The notes: generated by a model from the sequence alone, not told the origin. A stretch of 62,484 nucleotides of DNA, filler included, from Myxococcota bacterium (GCA_023150835.1; 3 parts of 3 records of this genome joined end to end with filler, not necessarily neighbours in it), one strand, 5' to 3'; shown: positions 8,837-19,845, counted from the whole stretch's first letter. Made by a program: numbers and translations.

Positions 8837-10765
8837 ATGGCGCAACAAACCGAAATGAACCTGCGTGCCTTGACAGAGCGGCTTCGAGAGAAAGCGCGGC
8901 GCAAGGTACCCGAAGCAGATGTCGAAGATCTCGTACAAGACGTGTTGGTCGTGTTGGTCGAAAAAGCACCGTCCAACCAGATCGGCGCAATCCAGCCCTA
9001 CGCAGAAGGGATCTTGCGCCATTTGATCTACGACTACTACCAAAAACGGGCCGAGCATAAGGTTCCTTTGGATGGCAAAGATGCGGAAAGCCTCGATGTC
9101 TCGCCAGAACAGCGGGTCTATTGGCAGCGTCATCTGCGTGTGGTGCGTGAGGTCTCTCAAGAAAACCCTGTGGACGAAGCACTCTTACACGAGCACTTTC
9201 TTTCGGGAGCGCCGTTGCGTGAGGTCGCTTCGGAGCTTGGCGTCTCTGCGGGAGTGGTCAACGGTCGGCTGTTTCGCTTTCGTCAAAAACTCTTGCAGCG
9301 CGTTGGACAGCTTTTCACCGTGAGTATGGCGCTGGGGGTGGGGCTATGGAGTCGGGCCAGTCGGGCGCTGTTTGTTGGACGCCTTCATCACGCGACTTCT
9401 TGGACGGTGGCTTTGTTGTCCGCCACGTCGGCGGGGACATGGTGGGCCCAACACACGCCTGAAAAGCAGCTTGTGTTTCCCTCCGCGATGCAGGCTTCCT
9501 CCGCTCGCTTCGAGCACAGCTCGATCACAAAGTACGAAGGACACCCCGCGTATCCATCCCTTTTCAAAAAAACCGAAACCTCGGCTGGATGGTCTCTTGC
9601 TGTTCGATCCGAATCCTCGATCTTTTTTCGTGGGCGATCCTCTGCTTCGGTCGGAGAATGGGGATGGTTCGGGGCTTATCCATCCGCACAGCCTCGCGAA
9701 TTATCCGCAGCTTCTGCATCTGCACTCACCTCTTCTCTAAATGCTCAAAACCCCCTTGCTTTGGCGAATTTCTTTTCGGGGGCTGCTTTGTTGGCGCAGT
9801 CTCGTGTCGCCCACAGTTCTCGCGTGGAATCGAACGATTCTTCCTTTGCGGTGGGTGGAGCCAACGCAGCAACTGGGCGCGATCTGCCCCAAGGCCGCAC
9901 AACGACTTCTCGCGACGGGCAATCTAGCGATCCCCACCATCCCAACACCCAAACCAAAGATCCAGCCTCCTCTCAGCAAGAACCCAAATCTTCTACAAAA
10001 GAACCACAAAACCCCAACAATCCGACCGATCCCAAACATCCGACCGATCCCAAACATCCGACAAATCCCAACCCATCCGATGCGCGCCAGTCCTTTTGCA
10101 TCAAGCGCGATGGGCGGCTCTATCGGTGCGATCAAGGCGGTCAACTCGGCGAAGATGTGAGCGGTGGGAACCAAAGCTCTTTCCAATGTGGCGGTGATAC
10201 TTCGTGCCGTCGGATGGTTAACGGCGAACAGGCGGGCGAGTCCCCTGTGGGTCCCGCACTCATCGTCGGCCAACAAAAAGCGCTGATCGTCGCGGGCGAA
10301 AACCGTTATCGTGAAAGTTATGATCAAGGGCGTTCATGGTCCGATCCCGAAACGCCCCCACAGCCCGATACTTTGTTGAAACAAGCTGTATTTGTTCTGA
10401 ACCAACGCGGGGAGATCTGGCAGCGCGATATCGCAAAGCAAACGTGGGCGTTGTTGCGCTCGGCCCACGAAAACACCGAACTGCGCGTCCATCTTGATGC
10501 GCGAGGTGGCTTGTGTTTTGAAGACTCCGTTGATTTTCGTTACGAAACCCGCATCCCGGGCATCGATCCTGTTGCCACTCCTCAACGTGGCGGTCTCAAC
10601 GCAGGCTCGGGCCTCAACGTACCAAAGATGCCGACACTTCGCCCCTTGCATATTCCCGATATCACACGTACCACCCTGCCTACACCCACCGAACTCCCGC
10701 AAGGATTGCCGCTCCCTCTTCCTGCGCCTCAAAAACAAATAACCATGCCCGTTTTGCCACACTGA
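8837..10765 (+). CDS. ECF sigma-70 factor fused to hydrophobic segment(s) and long C-terminal extension
   Basis: Region 2 (DVEDLVQDVLV...GILRHLIYDYY) and region 4 HTH (LREVASELGVSAGVVNGRLFRFRQKL), then hydrophobic stretch and ~440 further aa. Confidence 0.75.
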   Translation: MAQQTEMNLRALTERLREKARRKVPEADVEDLVQDVLVVLVEKAPSNQIGAIQPYAEGILRHLIYDYYQKRAEHKVPLDGKDAESLDVSPEQRVYWQRHLRVVREVSQENPVDEALLHEHFLSGAPLREVASELGVSAGVVNGRLFRFRQKLLQRVGQLFTVSMALGVGLWSRASRALFVGRLHHATSWTVALLSATSAGTWWAQHTPEKQLVFPSAMQASSARFEHSSITKYEGHPAYPSLFKKTETSAGWSLAVRSESSIFFRGRSSASVGEWGWFGAYPSAQPRELSAASASALTSSLNAQNPLALANFFSGAALLAQSRVAHSSRVESNDSSFAVGGANAATGRDLPQGRTTTSRDGQSSDPHHPNTQTKDPASSQQEPKSSTKEPQNPNNPTDPKHPTDPKHPTNPNPSDARQSFCIKRDGRLYRCDQGGQLGEDVSGGNQSSFQCGGDTSCRRMVNGEQAGESPVGPALIVGQQKALIVAGENRYRESYDQGRSWSDPETPPQPDTLLKQAVFVLNQRGEIWQRDIAKQTWALLRSAHENTELRVHLDARGGLCFEDSVDFRYETRIPGIDPVATPQRGGLNAGSGLNVPKMPTLRPLHIPDITRTTLPTPTELPQGLPLPLPAPQKQITMPVLPH

Positions 10766-10797
10766 TCCGTTTGTGACCCGTTTCTTCGGAGGTTTGA

Positions 10798-11808
10798 ATG
10801 CGTTCTGTTCGCTTTCTTTGTGTTGCTTTTTTGCTGATCTCTTCGCTCACGTGGGGGTGTGAAGGATGCGAGATCCAAGAAGCCTCCACCACACTCAAGG
10901 TTCCCTTTGCAGACAACTTCGATCGCCCTTCGCTTGGGGCGATGTGGTCCTCGGAGATGGCGGGGCGTTGGCGGATCCAGTTCGACGAGCGCACCAAACA
11001 GGGTCGCTTGTGTGTCGAGCAAGCCCGCAACAATCCCTTGTTTTTGCGCGGGACGTTGCCTCGTGATGTCGTCGTTGAGTTCGATGCTTACGCACAAGAA
11101 AAAGACGGCGATGTCAAGATCGAGCTGTTTACAGATGGTCGCTTTCATGCCACAGGCTACGTTCTGGCTCACGGCGGCTGGCACAACGCGATGTCGATCA
11201 TCGATCGACTCGGTGAACACAACCGCGACTGTTCCGCCAAAGAGCAAAATGCCCGCGCCAACTGCCGCCGCTGGACGCGCCGCGAAAAAGTCATCATCGG
11301 AAAAGGCCATCACTGGAAGGTGATCCGTCATGGTGAAAAGCTGCTGTGGTATCTTGATGGCAAGCTGTTTATGCGTTATGACGATCCCCAACCCCTCGAA
11401 GGAAAAGGCCATCAGTTCTTCGCCTTCAGCAACTGGATCGCTCACGTCTGCTTTGATAATCTGACCATCCGACCCTACACTCCCGAAACAGCACAAAAAG
11501 AAGCCCCTGCTCCGTCTCCTGCTCGTGTTCTCGTTACGCCTTCTCCAACTCCCGTCCCTTCGACTCCTTCTGATCCTGCTTCTTCTGATCCTGCTCCTTC
11601 TGATCCTGCGCCGGCTTTTGTTGCGCCGTCCGCTGTTCGCTCGGGCGCGGTCTTGGTTCCTGCTCAGCCGCAGATCCGCGTCCAGTCCAATCCGCAGCCT
11701 CTTCGCTTGCACAATGCGGATCGTTTTCGGCACCTTGGCATCCAACGCTTGCAAACCCCTCTCCAAGCGCGACCTGCACTGCAAGCACAACCGACTCCCC
11801 AGCGCTAA
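10798..11808 (+). CDS. Exported protein with probable ConA-like beta-sandwich domain and Pro-rich tail
   Basis: Signal/lipobox LTWGC; FADNFDR...W.I...VEFDA...WYLDGK...FDNLTI pattern. Confidence 0.65.
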   Translation: MRSVRFLCVAFLLISSLTWGCEGCEIQEASTTLKVPFADNFDRPSLGAMWSSEMAGRWRIQFDERTKQGRLCVEQARNNPLFLRGTLPRDVVVEFDAYAQEKDGDVKIELFTDGRFHATGYVLAHGGWHNAMSIIDRLGEHNRDCSAKEQNARANCRRWTRREKVIIGKGHHWKVIRHGEKLLWYLDGKLFMRYDDPQPLEGKGHQFFAFSNWIAHVCFDNLTIRPYTPETAQKEAPAPSPARVLVTPSPTPVPSTPSDPASSDPAPSDPAPAFVAPSAVRSGAVLVPAQPQIRVQSNPQPLRLHNADRFRHLGIQRLQTPLQARPALQAQPTPQR

Positions 11809-11877
11809 CCGACCCACACCACGCAAGCCCATTCACGGCAAGGTGTCCTGCTTTGATCAGACCGACGAGGTGGTCAC

Positions 11878-14376
11878 TTGAAATTCTTCGATGATGACGG
11901 AAAAAAAGGATGGTTTGAACGTGGCCGCAACCGACCGCGTATCCGCGAAGAACTGCCGATCTTGCCTCTCCGCAACACGGTGATCTATCCCGGCGTGGTG
12001 ATCCCACTCACCATTGGCCGCGAATCCAGCCTACGCCTTGTGGACGATGCCATCGAAGCCGATCGCATCATCGGTATCGTCGGGCAACGCGATCCTGATG
12101 TCGATGATCCCGATAGCAGCGAACTCTACAGCATGGGGACTGCCGCGCAGATCTTGCGTGTGATGAAGGTCAGTGAAGATTCCAAAAATCTGATCGCTCA
12201 TGTCCAAGGGCTGCAACGCCTTCGCGTCGTTCGCTATGTTCAACGACGCCCCTATCTTCGGGCTCGTGTGCAACTTATCGAAGAGCGCCCCGACGAAGAT
12301 ATCGAATCCCGCACGCTTTTCTCTTCTCTCCAAGAATCCGCTTTGCGGATCATCGAGCTTTCTCCGCACATCCCCCAAGAAGTCTCCGCTGTCGTCCAAA
12401 ATATGGAGTCCCCGGGCTACCTCGCCGATCTCGTGGCCGCTTATCTCAACATCCCCATGCCCGAAAAAGAAGAGATCCTCGAAACCGTCGAGATCAAGCC
12501 CCGTCTCCAAAAGGTTCTCGGCTTTGTGCGAAAAGAGCTTCAAATGTTGGAACTCAACTTCCGCATCCAAAACCAAGTCAAGGGCGAATTGGACAAAAGC
12601 CAACGCGAGTACTATCTGCGCAAGCAGTTAAAAGCCATCAAGAAAGAGCTTGGCGAAGAAGAAGATGAGATGGAGGAAGTCGACGAATTCCGCCGCCAGA
12701 TCAAAGCCGCCAAGATGCCCGAAGATGTCGAGAAAGAAGCCCTCAAAGAACTCACGCGACTTTCGCGTATCCCCCCACAATCTGCCGAGTATACGGTCTC
12801 TCGGACCTACATCGAATGGATGATCGATCTGCCTTGGTCTGTGACGACCGAAGATTCCCTTGAGATCAGGCGCGCACGCGAGATCCTCAACGAAGATCAT
12901 TACAGCCTCGACAAGATCAAGCGACGGATCTTGGAGTACCTCGCCGTGCGTAAACTCAAAAATGATATGCGTGGGCCGATCTTGTGCTTTGTTGGGCCTC
13001 CCGGGGTCGGCAAGACCTCGCTTGGCAAATCGATTGCGCGGGCGATGGGACGGAACTTTGTGCGCGTTGCGCTTGGCGGCGTCAAAGACGAAGCCGAGAT
13101 CCGTGGACATCGCCGAACCTATGTCGGCGCTCTGCCCGGACGTGTGATCCAAGGCATCAAAAAAGCCAAAAGCAACAACCCTGTCTTTGTCTTGGACGAG
13201 ATCGACAAACTCAGCCAAGACTTTCGCGGTGATCCCGCCTCCGCTCTGCTCGAAGTCCTTGATCCCGAACAAAACAACTCTTTCTCCGATCACTACCTCG
13301 AAGCCGCTTTCGATCTCTCCAAAGTGATGTTTATCGCCACCGCCAACCAACTTGAACCGATCCCTCCGCCCCTGCGCGACCGCATGGAGATTATCGAGAT
13401 CCCCGGATACACCGAAGAAGAAAAACTACACATCGCTGACCATTTCTTGATCCCCAAACAACACCGCGATCACGGCCTCCAAGACGGCCACATTACCTTT
13501 ACCAAAAAAGCCGTCCGTACCGTCTGCCGCGCCTACACCCGCGAAGCAGGCGTCCGAAACCTCGAACGCCAGATCGCCGCGATCTGTCGAGCCGTGGCGA
13601 TGCAAGTCGCCGAATCCAACACCGAACCTCGCACCGTCGACAGCGCCGATGTTGAAACCTACCTCGGCCCCGCCAAGTTTTTCTCCGAGATGTCCGAACG
13701 ATTGAACGAAACGGGCATCGCTACGGGCCTTGCGTGGACGGCGGCAGGCGGAGAACTGCTGTTTATCGAAGCTACCCGCATGATCGGCAAAGGCCAATTG
13801 ATCTTGACTGGCCAACTCGGCGACGTGATGAAAGAATCCGCCCAAGCTGCCCTCTCTTATATCCGCTCCAATGCTCCGCTGCTTGGCGTGGATGCACGCT
13901 TTATGGAAAATCACGATCTGCACATCCACGTCCCCGCTGGTTCCGTCCCCAAAGACGGACCGAGCGCGGGCGTCACGTTGTTTGCTGCCCTTGTTTCGCT
14001 GTTGACGAGTCGTAAAGTTCGCTCAGATGTCGCCATGACGGGCGAGATCACGCTGCGCGGTTCCGTCTTGCCTGTCGGCGGTATCAAAGAAAAGATCTTG
14101 GCGGCCCATCGCGCCGACGTCAAAGTGATCTTGTTGCCCGACAAAAACAAAAAAGACCTCGCCGAAGTCCCCGAAGAGATCAAAGCACAGATCCAATTCC
14201 ACTTTCTCCAGCACCTTGATGATGTGGTTCGCGAAGCCCTTGAACAACAATCCCCCGATACGCGGCCTCTTGCGCATGTCCTCCAACCCACCGACGGGAT
14301 GCCCGCTCTTGCCAGCGATCCCGAACCCCTCCCCAATCCCGATCCACCCCCAAAAAACAAAAGCGCCCGCCGCTAA
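11878..14376 (+). CDS. lon: ATP-dependent Lon protease
   Basis: LPILPLRN N-domain, GPPGVGKTS, GHRRTYVGALPG, DEIDK, PKDGPSAG catalytic Ser, GGIKEK. Confidence 0.97.
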   Translation: MKFFDDDGKKGWFERGRNRPRIREELPILPLRNTVIYPGVVIPLTIGRESSLRLVDDAIEADRIIGIVGQRDPDVDDPDSSELYSMGTAAQILRVMKVSEDSKNLIAHVQGLQRLRVVRYVQRRPYLRARVQLIEERPDEDIESRTLFSSLQESALRIIELSPHIPQEVSAVVQNMESPGYLADLVAAYLNIPMPEKEEILETVEIKPRLQKVLGFVRKELQMLELNFRIQNQVKGELDKSQREYYLRKQLKAIKKELGEEEDEMEEVDEFRRQIKAAKMPEDVEKEALKELTRLSRIPPQSAEYTVSRTYIEWMIDLPWSVTTEDSLEIRRAREILNEDHYSLDKIKRRILEYLAVRKLKNDMRGPILCFVGPPGVGKTSLGKSIARAMGRNFVRVALGGVKDEAEIRGHRRTYVGALPGRVIQGIKKAKSNNPVFVLDEIDKLSQDFRGDPASALLEVLDPEQNNSFSDHYLEAAFDLSKVMFIATANQLEPIPPPLRDRMEIIEIPGYTEEEKLHIADHFLIPKQHRDHGLQDGHITFTKKAVRTVCRAYTREAGVRNLERQIAAICRAVAMQVAESNTEPRTVDSADVETYLGPAKFFSEMSERLNETGIATGLAWTAAGGELLFIEATRMIGKGQLILTGQLGDVMKESAQAALSYIRSNAPLLGVDARFMENHDLHIHVPAGSVPKDGPSAGVTLFAALVSLLTSRKVRSDVAMTGEITLRGSVLPVGGIKEKILAAHRADVKVILLPDKNKKDLAEVPEEIKAQIQFHFLQHLDDVVREALEQQSPDTRPLAHVLQPTDGMPALASDPEPLPNPDPPPKNKSARR

Positions 14377-14404
14377 ACATCCAAAAATCAAATCATCCAA
14401 AAGA

Positions 14405-15574
14405 TTAAAGTGAAGGGGATCTTTGTTCGTCTTCCTCGTCCTCGACGCCCATCTTGCGGCTGAGAAATCGAACGAAGTCGGGCATCGCAAGTGTGCCGAT
14501 GTAGTGCTGATCTCGATCGAGTACAACAAGACGGCTGCTTTGTTGGCGATTCATTTGTGTGACGGCTTGGAGGGCGTCGCTTTCGCTGTCGATGGTCAGT
14601 TCGGGGGGACAAGGCTTGAGGAGCGCACGCAGCGTATTTCCGGGCCATTCGTGCGGATCGAGGGTGTAAAGGTCATCGACGTACACGCAACCTACGAGCG
14701 TTTGTGTGTGTGGATCGACGATCGGATAGAGGTCGTGCGATTCTTTTTCGACGTATTGCTCGAAAAATTGCTGTAGCGAAAGGGTGCTCGGCAAGCTGTC
14801 GTCGTGTTGTCGGATAAACGGGCGGATCGGCTCTCCACGCAATATCTCTCGCAAGCGCATCCGATGGTACGCCGCAACACTGGCGTTGCGCATAAAGATC
14901 CCCAGCAAAAACCACCAAAATGCTTGCACATAATTTTGATACGCAAACAGCTGGATCAGCGACAGCCCGACCATCAGCGAACCAAAACCGCCTCCAAGAT
15001 GGGCGGCGATCCGCGTGGCCCAAGGTAGATCGCCACGCCAAGACCATAGCAACGCCCGCAACATCCGCCCTCCATCAAGCGGAAAGGCTGGAATCAAGTT
15101 GAAGATCGCCAACAAGCCATTGAGCCAACCAAGATATCGGCACAGTCCCTCGACCGACTCGGGCCAGATCTGTTGGAGGCTCAACAGATAAAGGCCGTAG
15201 AATCCGCCTGCGAGCGCGAGGCTTGCCGCAGGGCCTGCCGCTGTCACCCAAAACTCCGCCCAAGCGTGCGGCGGTTCGTCCTCGATCTCCGCCACTCCGC
15301 CAAAGACAAACAGCGTAATGCTGCGGATCGAAAGCCCGTAGTGACGGGCCACCACCGCGTGCGCTAACTCGTGCAACAAGATCGACAGCACAAAGCCCAC
15401 CGTCCCCACGACCGCCATCCATGTGTACGTCTCGGCGGCCAGTTGCTCATACCAGTTCGGAAACAGCCCACGCGAAAGTGACCAACCCAACAACAAGATC
15501 AAAAACAACCAGCTAAAGTCGACTTGGATCGGGAAGCCCATCAGCCGAAAAAGAGTGATGCGTTTCGAGAACAT
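14405..15574 (-). CDS. Site-2 protease (M50) with C-terminal CBS pair
   Basis: HELAH, AAGP, FNLIPAFPLDGGR; multiple TM helices; CBS-like C-terminus. Confidence 0.92.
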   Translation of the reverse strand: MFSKRITLFRLMGFPIQVDFSWLFLILLLGWSLSRGLFPNWYEQLAAETYTWMAVVGTVGFVLSILLHELAHAVVARHYGLSIRSITLFVFGGVAEIEDEPPHAWAEFWVTAAGPAASLALAGGFYGLYLLSLQQIWPESVEGLCRYLGWLNGLLAIFNLIPAFPLDGGRMLRALLWSWRGDLPWATRIAAHLGGGFGSLMVGLSLIQLFAYQNYVQAFWWFLLGIFMRNASVAAYHRMRLREILRGEPIRPFIRQHDDSLPSTLSLQQFFEQYVEKESHDLYPIVDPHTQTLVGCVYVDDLYTLDPHEWPGNTLRALLKPCPPELTIDSESDALQAVTQMNRQQSSRLVVLDRDQHYIGTLAMPDFVRFLSRKMGVEDEEDEQRSPSL

Positions 15575-15796
15575 CGTGACGATCTTTCCACGCTCGATTC
15601 GAGCGTTTGCCTTGGAATGGCGGTTGAGCAGGTTTGTCGAGCGCGACCTTGGAAACCTTGGCGTGCGGTGTTAGCATGCGAGCGCGCAGGCGTCGGGGTG
15701 CGGAGGATCGCACAACCACCGCCGCGATTCATCAAAAATCCATCGCAAGCGTAAGGCGCGTGGACGGGCGACGCAAGCGAAGAAGGAGCGGAGGTC

Positions 15797-18700
15797 ATGG
15801 CGAGTAGAGGTGCGAGGCGTGGTGTGCGTTGGGCTGTGGGGATGGCGTTCTTTTTCTCTGGCCTCAGTAGTCTCGTCTTGGAAAACTTGTGGGTGCGGAT
15901 GCTGACGTTGGTGTTTGGCGGTTCGACTCTTGCGATCGTCACGGTGCTGACCGCATTTATGAGCGGGCTGGCTTTGGGCAGTGCCATCTCGGCCCGTTAT
16001 GCCGATCGTTTGCAGCGCCCTGTCTTTGTGTACGGTTTCTTGGAGTGCGGCGTGGCCTTGTATGCGCTGTTGATCCCGTGGATGGTGGGATGGCTGCCTT
16101 TTGTGTACACATGGCTGCCCGAAGATATCTCCTCAGGCGCGATGGCGTTTCTGCGTTTTGCTTTGTGTTTTGGGATCTTGTTGTTGCCGACCACGCTCAT
16201 GGGGGCGACGCTTCCTGTCTTGAGCCGATTTTTTGTCCGAGATCGCCAAAGTGTCGGGGCGGATGTCGGCATCTTGTATAGCTTAAATACGTTTGGGGCG
16301 GTCTTTGGGGCGTTTAGCGGCGGGTTTCTGTTGATCCCGTTGTTGGGCATGCAACACACCTTGGGATGGGTCTCGGGCGTGTTGTTGGCCCTCGCTGTGG
16401 TCTTGATGGGCGTGGGCTTGCGCCTTCCCGCTCTGATCCCTGAAACCTCCGGTGCTGCCCAAAAAACGCCTCTCCCGCAGCGAGACATCGAACAGGCCGA
16501 GCAGAAACATCCGAAACAAGACGCCTCACAAGACACCCAACTCCGCCCCACACAAAGCACCACACAAGCCGAGCAGGGACGACTGGAACAACAAGCCGAA
16601 CAAGCTGATCGAGAAGCTGAACGTGAAGCCGAGCGAGAAGCCGACGAATGGAATCAGGCGTTTCACGGCGAGCGCAAGGTGTATGAAGCCTCGTTGTTTC
16701 GGCGTTTGCGTGGGGTGGTGTTGGGGACGTTGGCCTTGACGGGGGCGTTGGCGATGGTTGCGCAAGTGATCTGGTCGCGAGCGCTGGCGATGGTGATCGG
16801 TTCCTCGACGTATGCTTTTACATTGATCTTGGTGGTGTTTTTGGTGGGATTGGCGGGGGGAGCGGCGTGGGGGTCTTGGTTGGCGCGGCGGGTGGGCGAT
16901 GTGGTGTCGGTGTGGTCGCAGATGCTTGTTGCGACGGCGCTGACGGTGGGATTGGGCGTGCTGTTGATGGATCAGTTGCCTGTGATCTTTATTGCCTTGG
17001 TGATCGATATCGCCCACAACGTCAATGCCGTGGTGTTGTTTGCGATCAAGGCCGCTGTTTCCGCGATCCCGATCTTGATCCCAACATTTTTGATGGGGAC
17101 GTTCTTTGCGTTGGGTTTGGCGGTGTACACGCAAGATCAAGGCGAAGGGATCGGATGGAGTGTGGGGTATGTGTACTTTTTCAACACCGTCGGTTCGATC
17201 GTCGGATCGGTGTTGGCGGGCTTTGTGATCATCCCTTGGCTGGGCTTGCAGGGGGGCTTGGCGCTGTGTGTGGCGCTCTATCTTGTGTGTGCATTTGCGT
17301 TGGTGTGGGCGGTTCGGCACGAACAGCGCCTTGTCATCGGTTTGTTTTTGGTCTTTGGCGGGGTGGGCATCTTCTTTGTTCCGCCTTGGCACACGGGCAA
17401 GATGGGCTTGGGGATGTTTCGCTTGTCCCGTCTGCGCTCCGTCGATTACAAGACGGCGACCCGTCCGGGGGCAGTGTTGTTTTACCGCGAAGGCATCAGC
17501 GCCACCGTCTCCGTCGAAGGCACCGATACGCATCGCGCCCTCAAAGTCAACGGAAAGACCGATGCCTCCAATCTCGGCGATCGCTCCACACAGATCAGCG
17601 TCAGCGCACTCCCGATCATCGCACACGGAAACGCCCAAGATGTCGCCGTCATCGGATGGGGCTCTGGAATGACGGTCGGGGCTGCGCTGAAGTTTCCGCT
17701 GCGTCACCTTGTCGCCGCTGAACTCGAACCCGCCGTCGTCGAAGCCTCCAAACTGTTCGAGCCTTGGAACTTCTTTCCTCTGCGCGACAAACGCTTGCGC
17801 TTGCTCTACAACGACGGACGCAACTTCTTGGCTGCAACACGCCAACAATTCGACGTGATCGTCTCCGAACCCTCGAATCCTTGGATGAGCGGTGTCGCCA
17901 ATCTCTTCACCCAAGAATACTTTCAGATCGCACGCAAACGCTTGAAAAAAGGCGGGATGCTCTGCCAATGGGTCCAACTCTACGAACTTTCCTACGACAA
18001 CATCATCTCGATCTTGCGCTCGGTCAACTCGGTCTTTCCGTATGTTCAGCTTTATGAAGTCGAAACCGACAGCTACGACACCTTGTTGCTTGCCTCGATG
18101 ACTCCCTTTCGCGTACCGATGCGCCGCTACGCAACGTTGCTAAAAGATCCCCGCTACAAGGAGCTTTTGGGACAAGCCAAGGTCTACACCGCCCATGATC
18201 TCTTGCCGCGCTTTATGGTGGGAGAGCGAGAGATCCAACGCTTGCTCAAAACCAGCAAAGCCCCGATCAATACCGACGCACACAACCGCCTCGAATTCAC
18301 CGCTCCGCTCGATCTTGTTCGTGGGTCGAGCATCAAGGTGTTTGCGGAGTTTCAAAAGCAGGTCTACTTGGTGGGGCGGCGCTTTGATGCCTACCTTGCC
18401 CCCGAAGTCTTGGGCAACACACAGCCCGAACGTGCGCTGTTTTGGAACGAGACCGCACGAGCCATGCTGCGATACGGCTCTTTTCGACGCGCTCATCAAG
18501 CCCTCAAAACAGCCTCCTCCTTCGCTCCCAAGATGCCTGCGATCCTCGACACTTCTCGATTGTTGCGCCTGATGGAGAACAAAGAAGAAGCCCCCGAACT
18601 GCCCACCGAGCTACCTACCACCCGCCCCTCTGAGCGGCGCAAATGGCTCGCACAAACCCGCGATCTCTTGAAAGGCGCTCGGCACTTTATGAAAGATCAG

Positions 18701-18940
18701 CACAACCCCTGCGTCATGGCCCTTTTGCCGATCTCCGAAGATCGTGTCTTTGTTCAAAGCTATCCGCAGACCTTGTTTTATCTCGGGCTGTGTTATCGTT
18801 ATGCCGACAAGTACGCTGACGCGATCCGTCATTTTGAGGCGTATATGCGCCTTGCCCCCGCTCCGATCGTGCAAGAACCCCCCAAGATCCGACTTCACGA
18901 TCTCGAATCACCTTCGTCGCGCCCCGTCAAACGGCCCTGA
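15797..18940 (+). CDS. Fused MFS-like membrane domain / spermidine-synthase-like SAM domain with C-terminal TPR
   Basis: Two TM bundles (LMGATLP...YSLNTFGA; NTVGS), VIGWGSGMT, ELEPAVV, DGRNFL, FDVIVSEPSNPW; C-terminal YLGLCY...DAIRHF TPR. Confidence 0.9.
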   Translation: MASRGARRGVRWAVGMAFFFSGLSSLVLENLWVRMLTLVFGGSTLAIVTVLTAFMSGLALGSAISARYADRLQRPVFVYGFLECGVALYALLIPWMVGWLPFVYTWLPEDISSGAMAFLRFALCFGILLLPTTLMGATLPVLSRFFVRDRQSVGADVGILYSLNTFGAVFGAFSGGFLLIPLLGMQHTLGWVSGVLLALAVVLMGVGLRLPALIPETSGAAQKTPLPQRDIEQAEQKHPKQDASQDTQLRPTQSTTQAEQGRLEQQAEQADREAEREAEREADEWNQAFHGERKVYEASLFRRLRGVVLGTLALTGALAMVAQVIWSRALAMVIGSSTYAFTLILVVFLVGLAGGAAWGSWLARRVGDVVSVWSQMLVATALTVGLGVLLMDQLPVIFIALVIDIAHNVNAVVLFAIKAAVSAIPILIPTFLMGTFFALGLAVYTQDQGEGIGWSVGYVYFFNTVGSIVGSVLAGFVIIPWLGLQGGLALCVALYLVCAFALVWAVRHEQRLVIGLFLVFGGVGIFFVPPWHTGKMGLGMFRLSRLRSVDYKTATRPGAVLFYREGISATVSVEGTDTHRALKVNGKTDASNLGDRSTQISVSALPIIAHGNAQDVAVIGWGSGMTVGAALKFPLRHLVAAELEPAVVEASKLFEPWNFFPLRDKRLRLLYNDGRNFLAATRQQFDVIVSEPSNPWMSGVANLFTQEYFQIARKRLKKGGMLCQWVQLYELSYDNIISILRSVNSVFPYVQLYEVETDSYDTLLLASMTPFRVPMRRYATLLKDPRYKELLGQAKVYTAHDLLPRFMVGEREIQRLLKTSKAPINTDAHNRLEFTAPLDLVRGSSIKVFAEFQKQVYLVGRRFDAYLAPEVLGNTQPERALFWNETARAMLRYGSFRRAHQALKTASSFAPKMPAILDTSRLLRLMENKEEAPELPTELPTTRPSERRKWLAQTRDLLKGARHFMKDQHNPCVMALLPISEDRVFVQSYPQTLFYLGLCYRYADKYADAIRHFEAYMRLAPAPIVQEPPKIRLHDLESPSSRPVKRP

Positions 18941-18983
18941 ACTCAACCGCCTCATTCCTCACCTACCGAAAGGAGAGTTTTTG

Positions 18984-19826
18984 ATGAGACACCGCCTCAC
19001 CCTTGTGCTTTTGTGTGCTTCTTTGGGGTTCGCTGCGCCGAGCCAAGCCGCCAATGTCCCGCGCCTAAACCAAGCGTGGGAGTCTTTGTTGGGGGCGCAG
19101 TTGATCTTTTTGTATTATGGCGTCGGAACACTCGGCGATCTTTACAAAAACAAGATCTACACCAGCCCCCAAGTGATCCGTTATCTCGGTATGTTGGAAC
19201 CGACCTTGCGCCAAGAGCAGTTGTTTCTTTCCCAGATCAAGCCCCTTGGCGCTGCAAAGAATCGTGAGATGTTTCGTCGCATCCGAGCCGTTGTGGATTT
19301 TCTCGTCCAAGAAGCCTCGACCTTGCGGCGTTTTGTCAACGAAGGCAAAGAAGAAGATTGGTCGCAGTTCGTCACGTATCGCCGCGCTGCTGTCGAAGAT
19401 ATCCAATACGTCTTGACCCACCAAGCCGTCCGTAGCTCGCGGAGTTTTCGCGGAGGCAGCAAAGCCGCTTATCGGCATCTTGGCCATTACCTCGGCGTCG
19501 ATCTGGTCTTTGGCTACTTTTTTGTCGGATTGGTCGCGGACGGGTATTTTCGGTTGTTGTTGCCTGCCGATCAAACGCGCCAACACCTCGGCTTGACGGC
19601 GCGCTTGCTCAACAACAACATTCAACAACTGGCTCGCGCCAAACACTCGATCCCAAAAGAAGATCGGGCGCGGGTGTTATCGATCGCCCAAGGCATGGCT
19701 ACCTTAGCTGAGACTGCAAAGGCGTTGGATACCTTTGCTGCCTCTCGACAACGCGACGCTCTCAAAAAGTATTGGCTCTTGCGCAAACGAACATGGAGCT
19801 ATGTTCGTATCCTCAGCGACGGATGA
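18984..19826 (+). CDS. Hypothetical exported protein with internally duplicated helical domain
   Basis: AGGAG RBS, signal peptide (..AAPSQA); repeated LGxxLxFxYxxVGxxxDxY motif. Confidence 0.7.
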   Translation: MRHRLTLVLLCASLGFAAPSQAANVPRLNQAWESLLGAQLIFLYYGVGTLGDLYKNKIYTSPQVIRYLGMLEPTLRQEQLFLSQIKPLGAAKNREMFRRIRAVVDFLVQEASTLRRFVNEGKEEDWSQFVTYRRAAVEDIQYVLTHQAVRSSRSFRGGSKAAYRHLGHYLGVDLVFGYFFVGLVADGYFRLLLPADQTRQHLGLTARLLNNNIQQLARAKHSIPKEDRARVLSIAQGMATLAETAKALDTFAASRQRDALKKYWLLRKRTWSYVRILSDG

Positions 19827-19845
19827 TCCGCTCTTTTCTTTTTGA

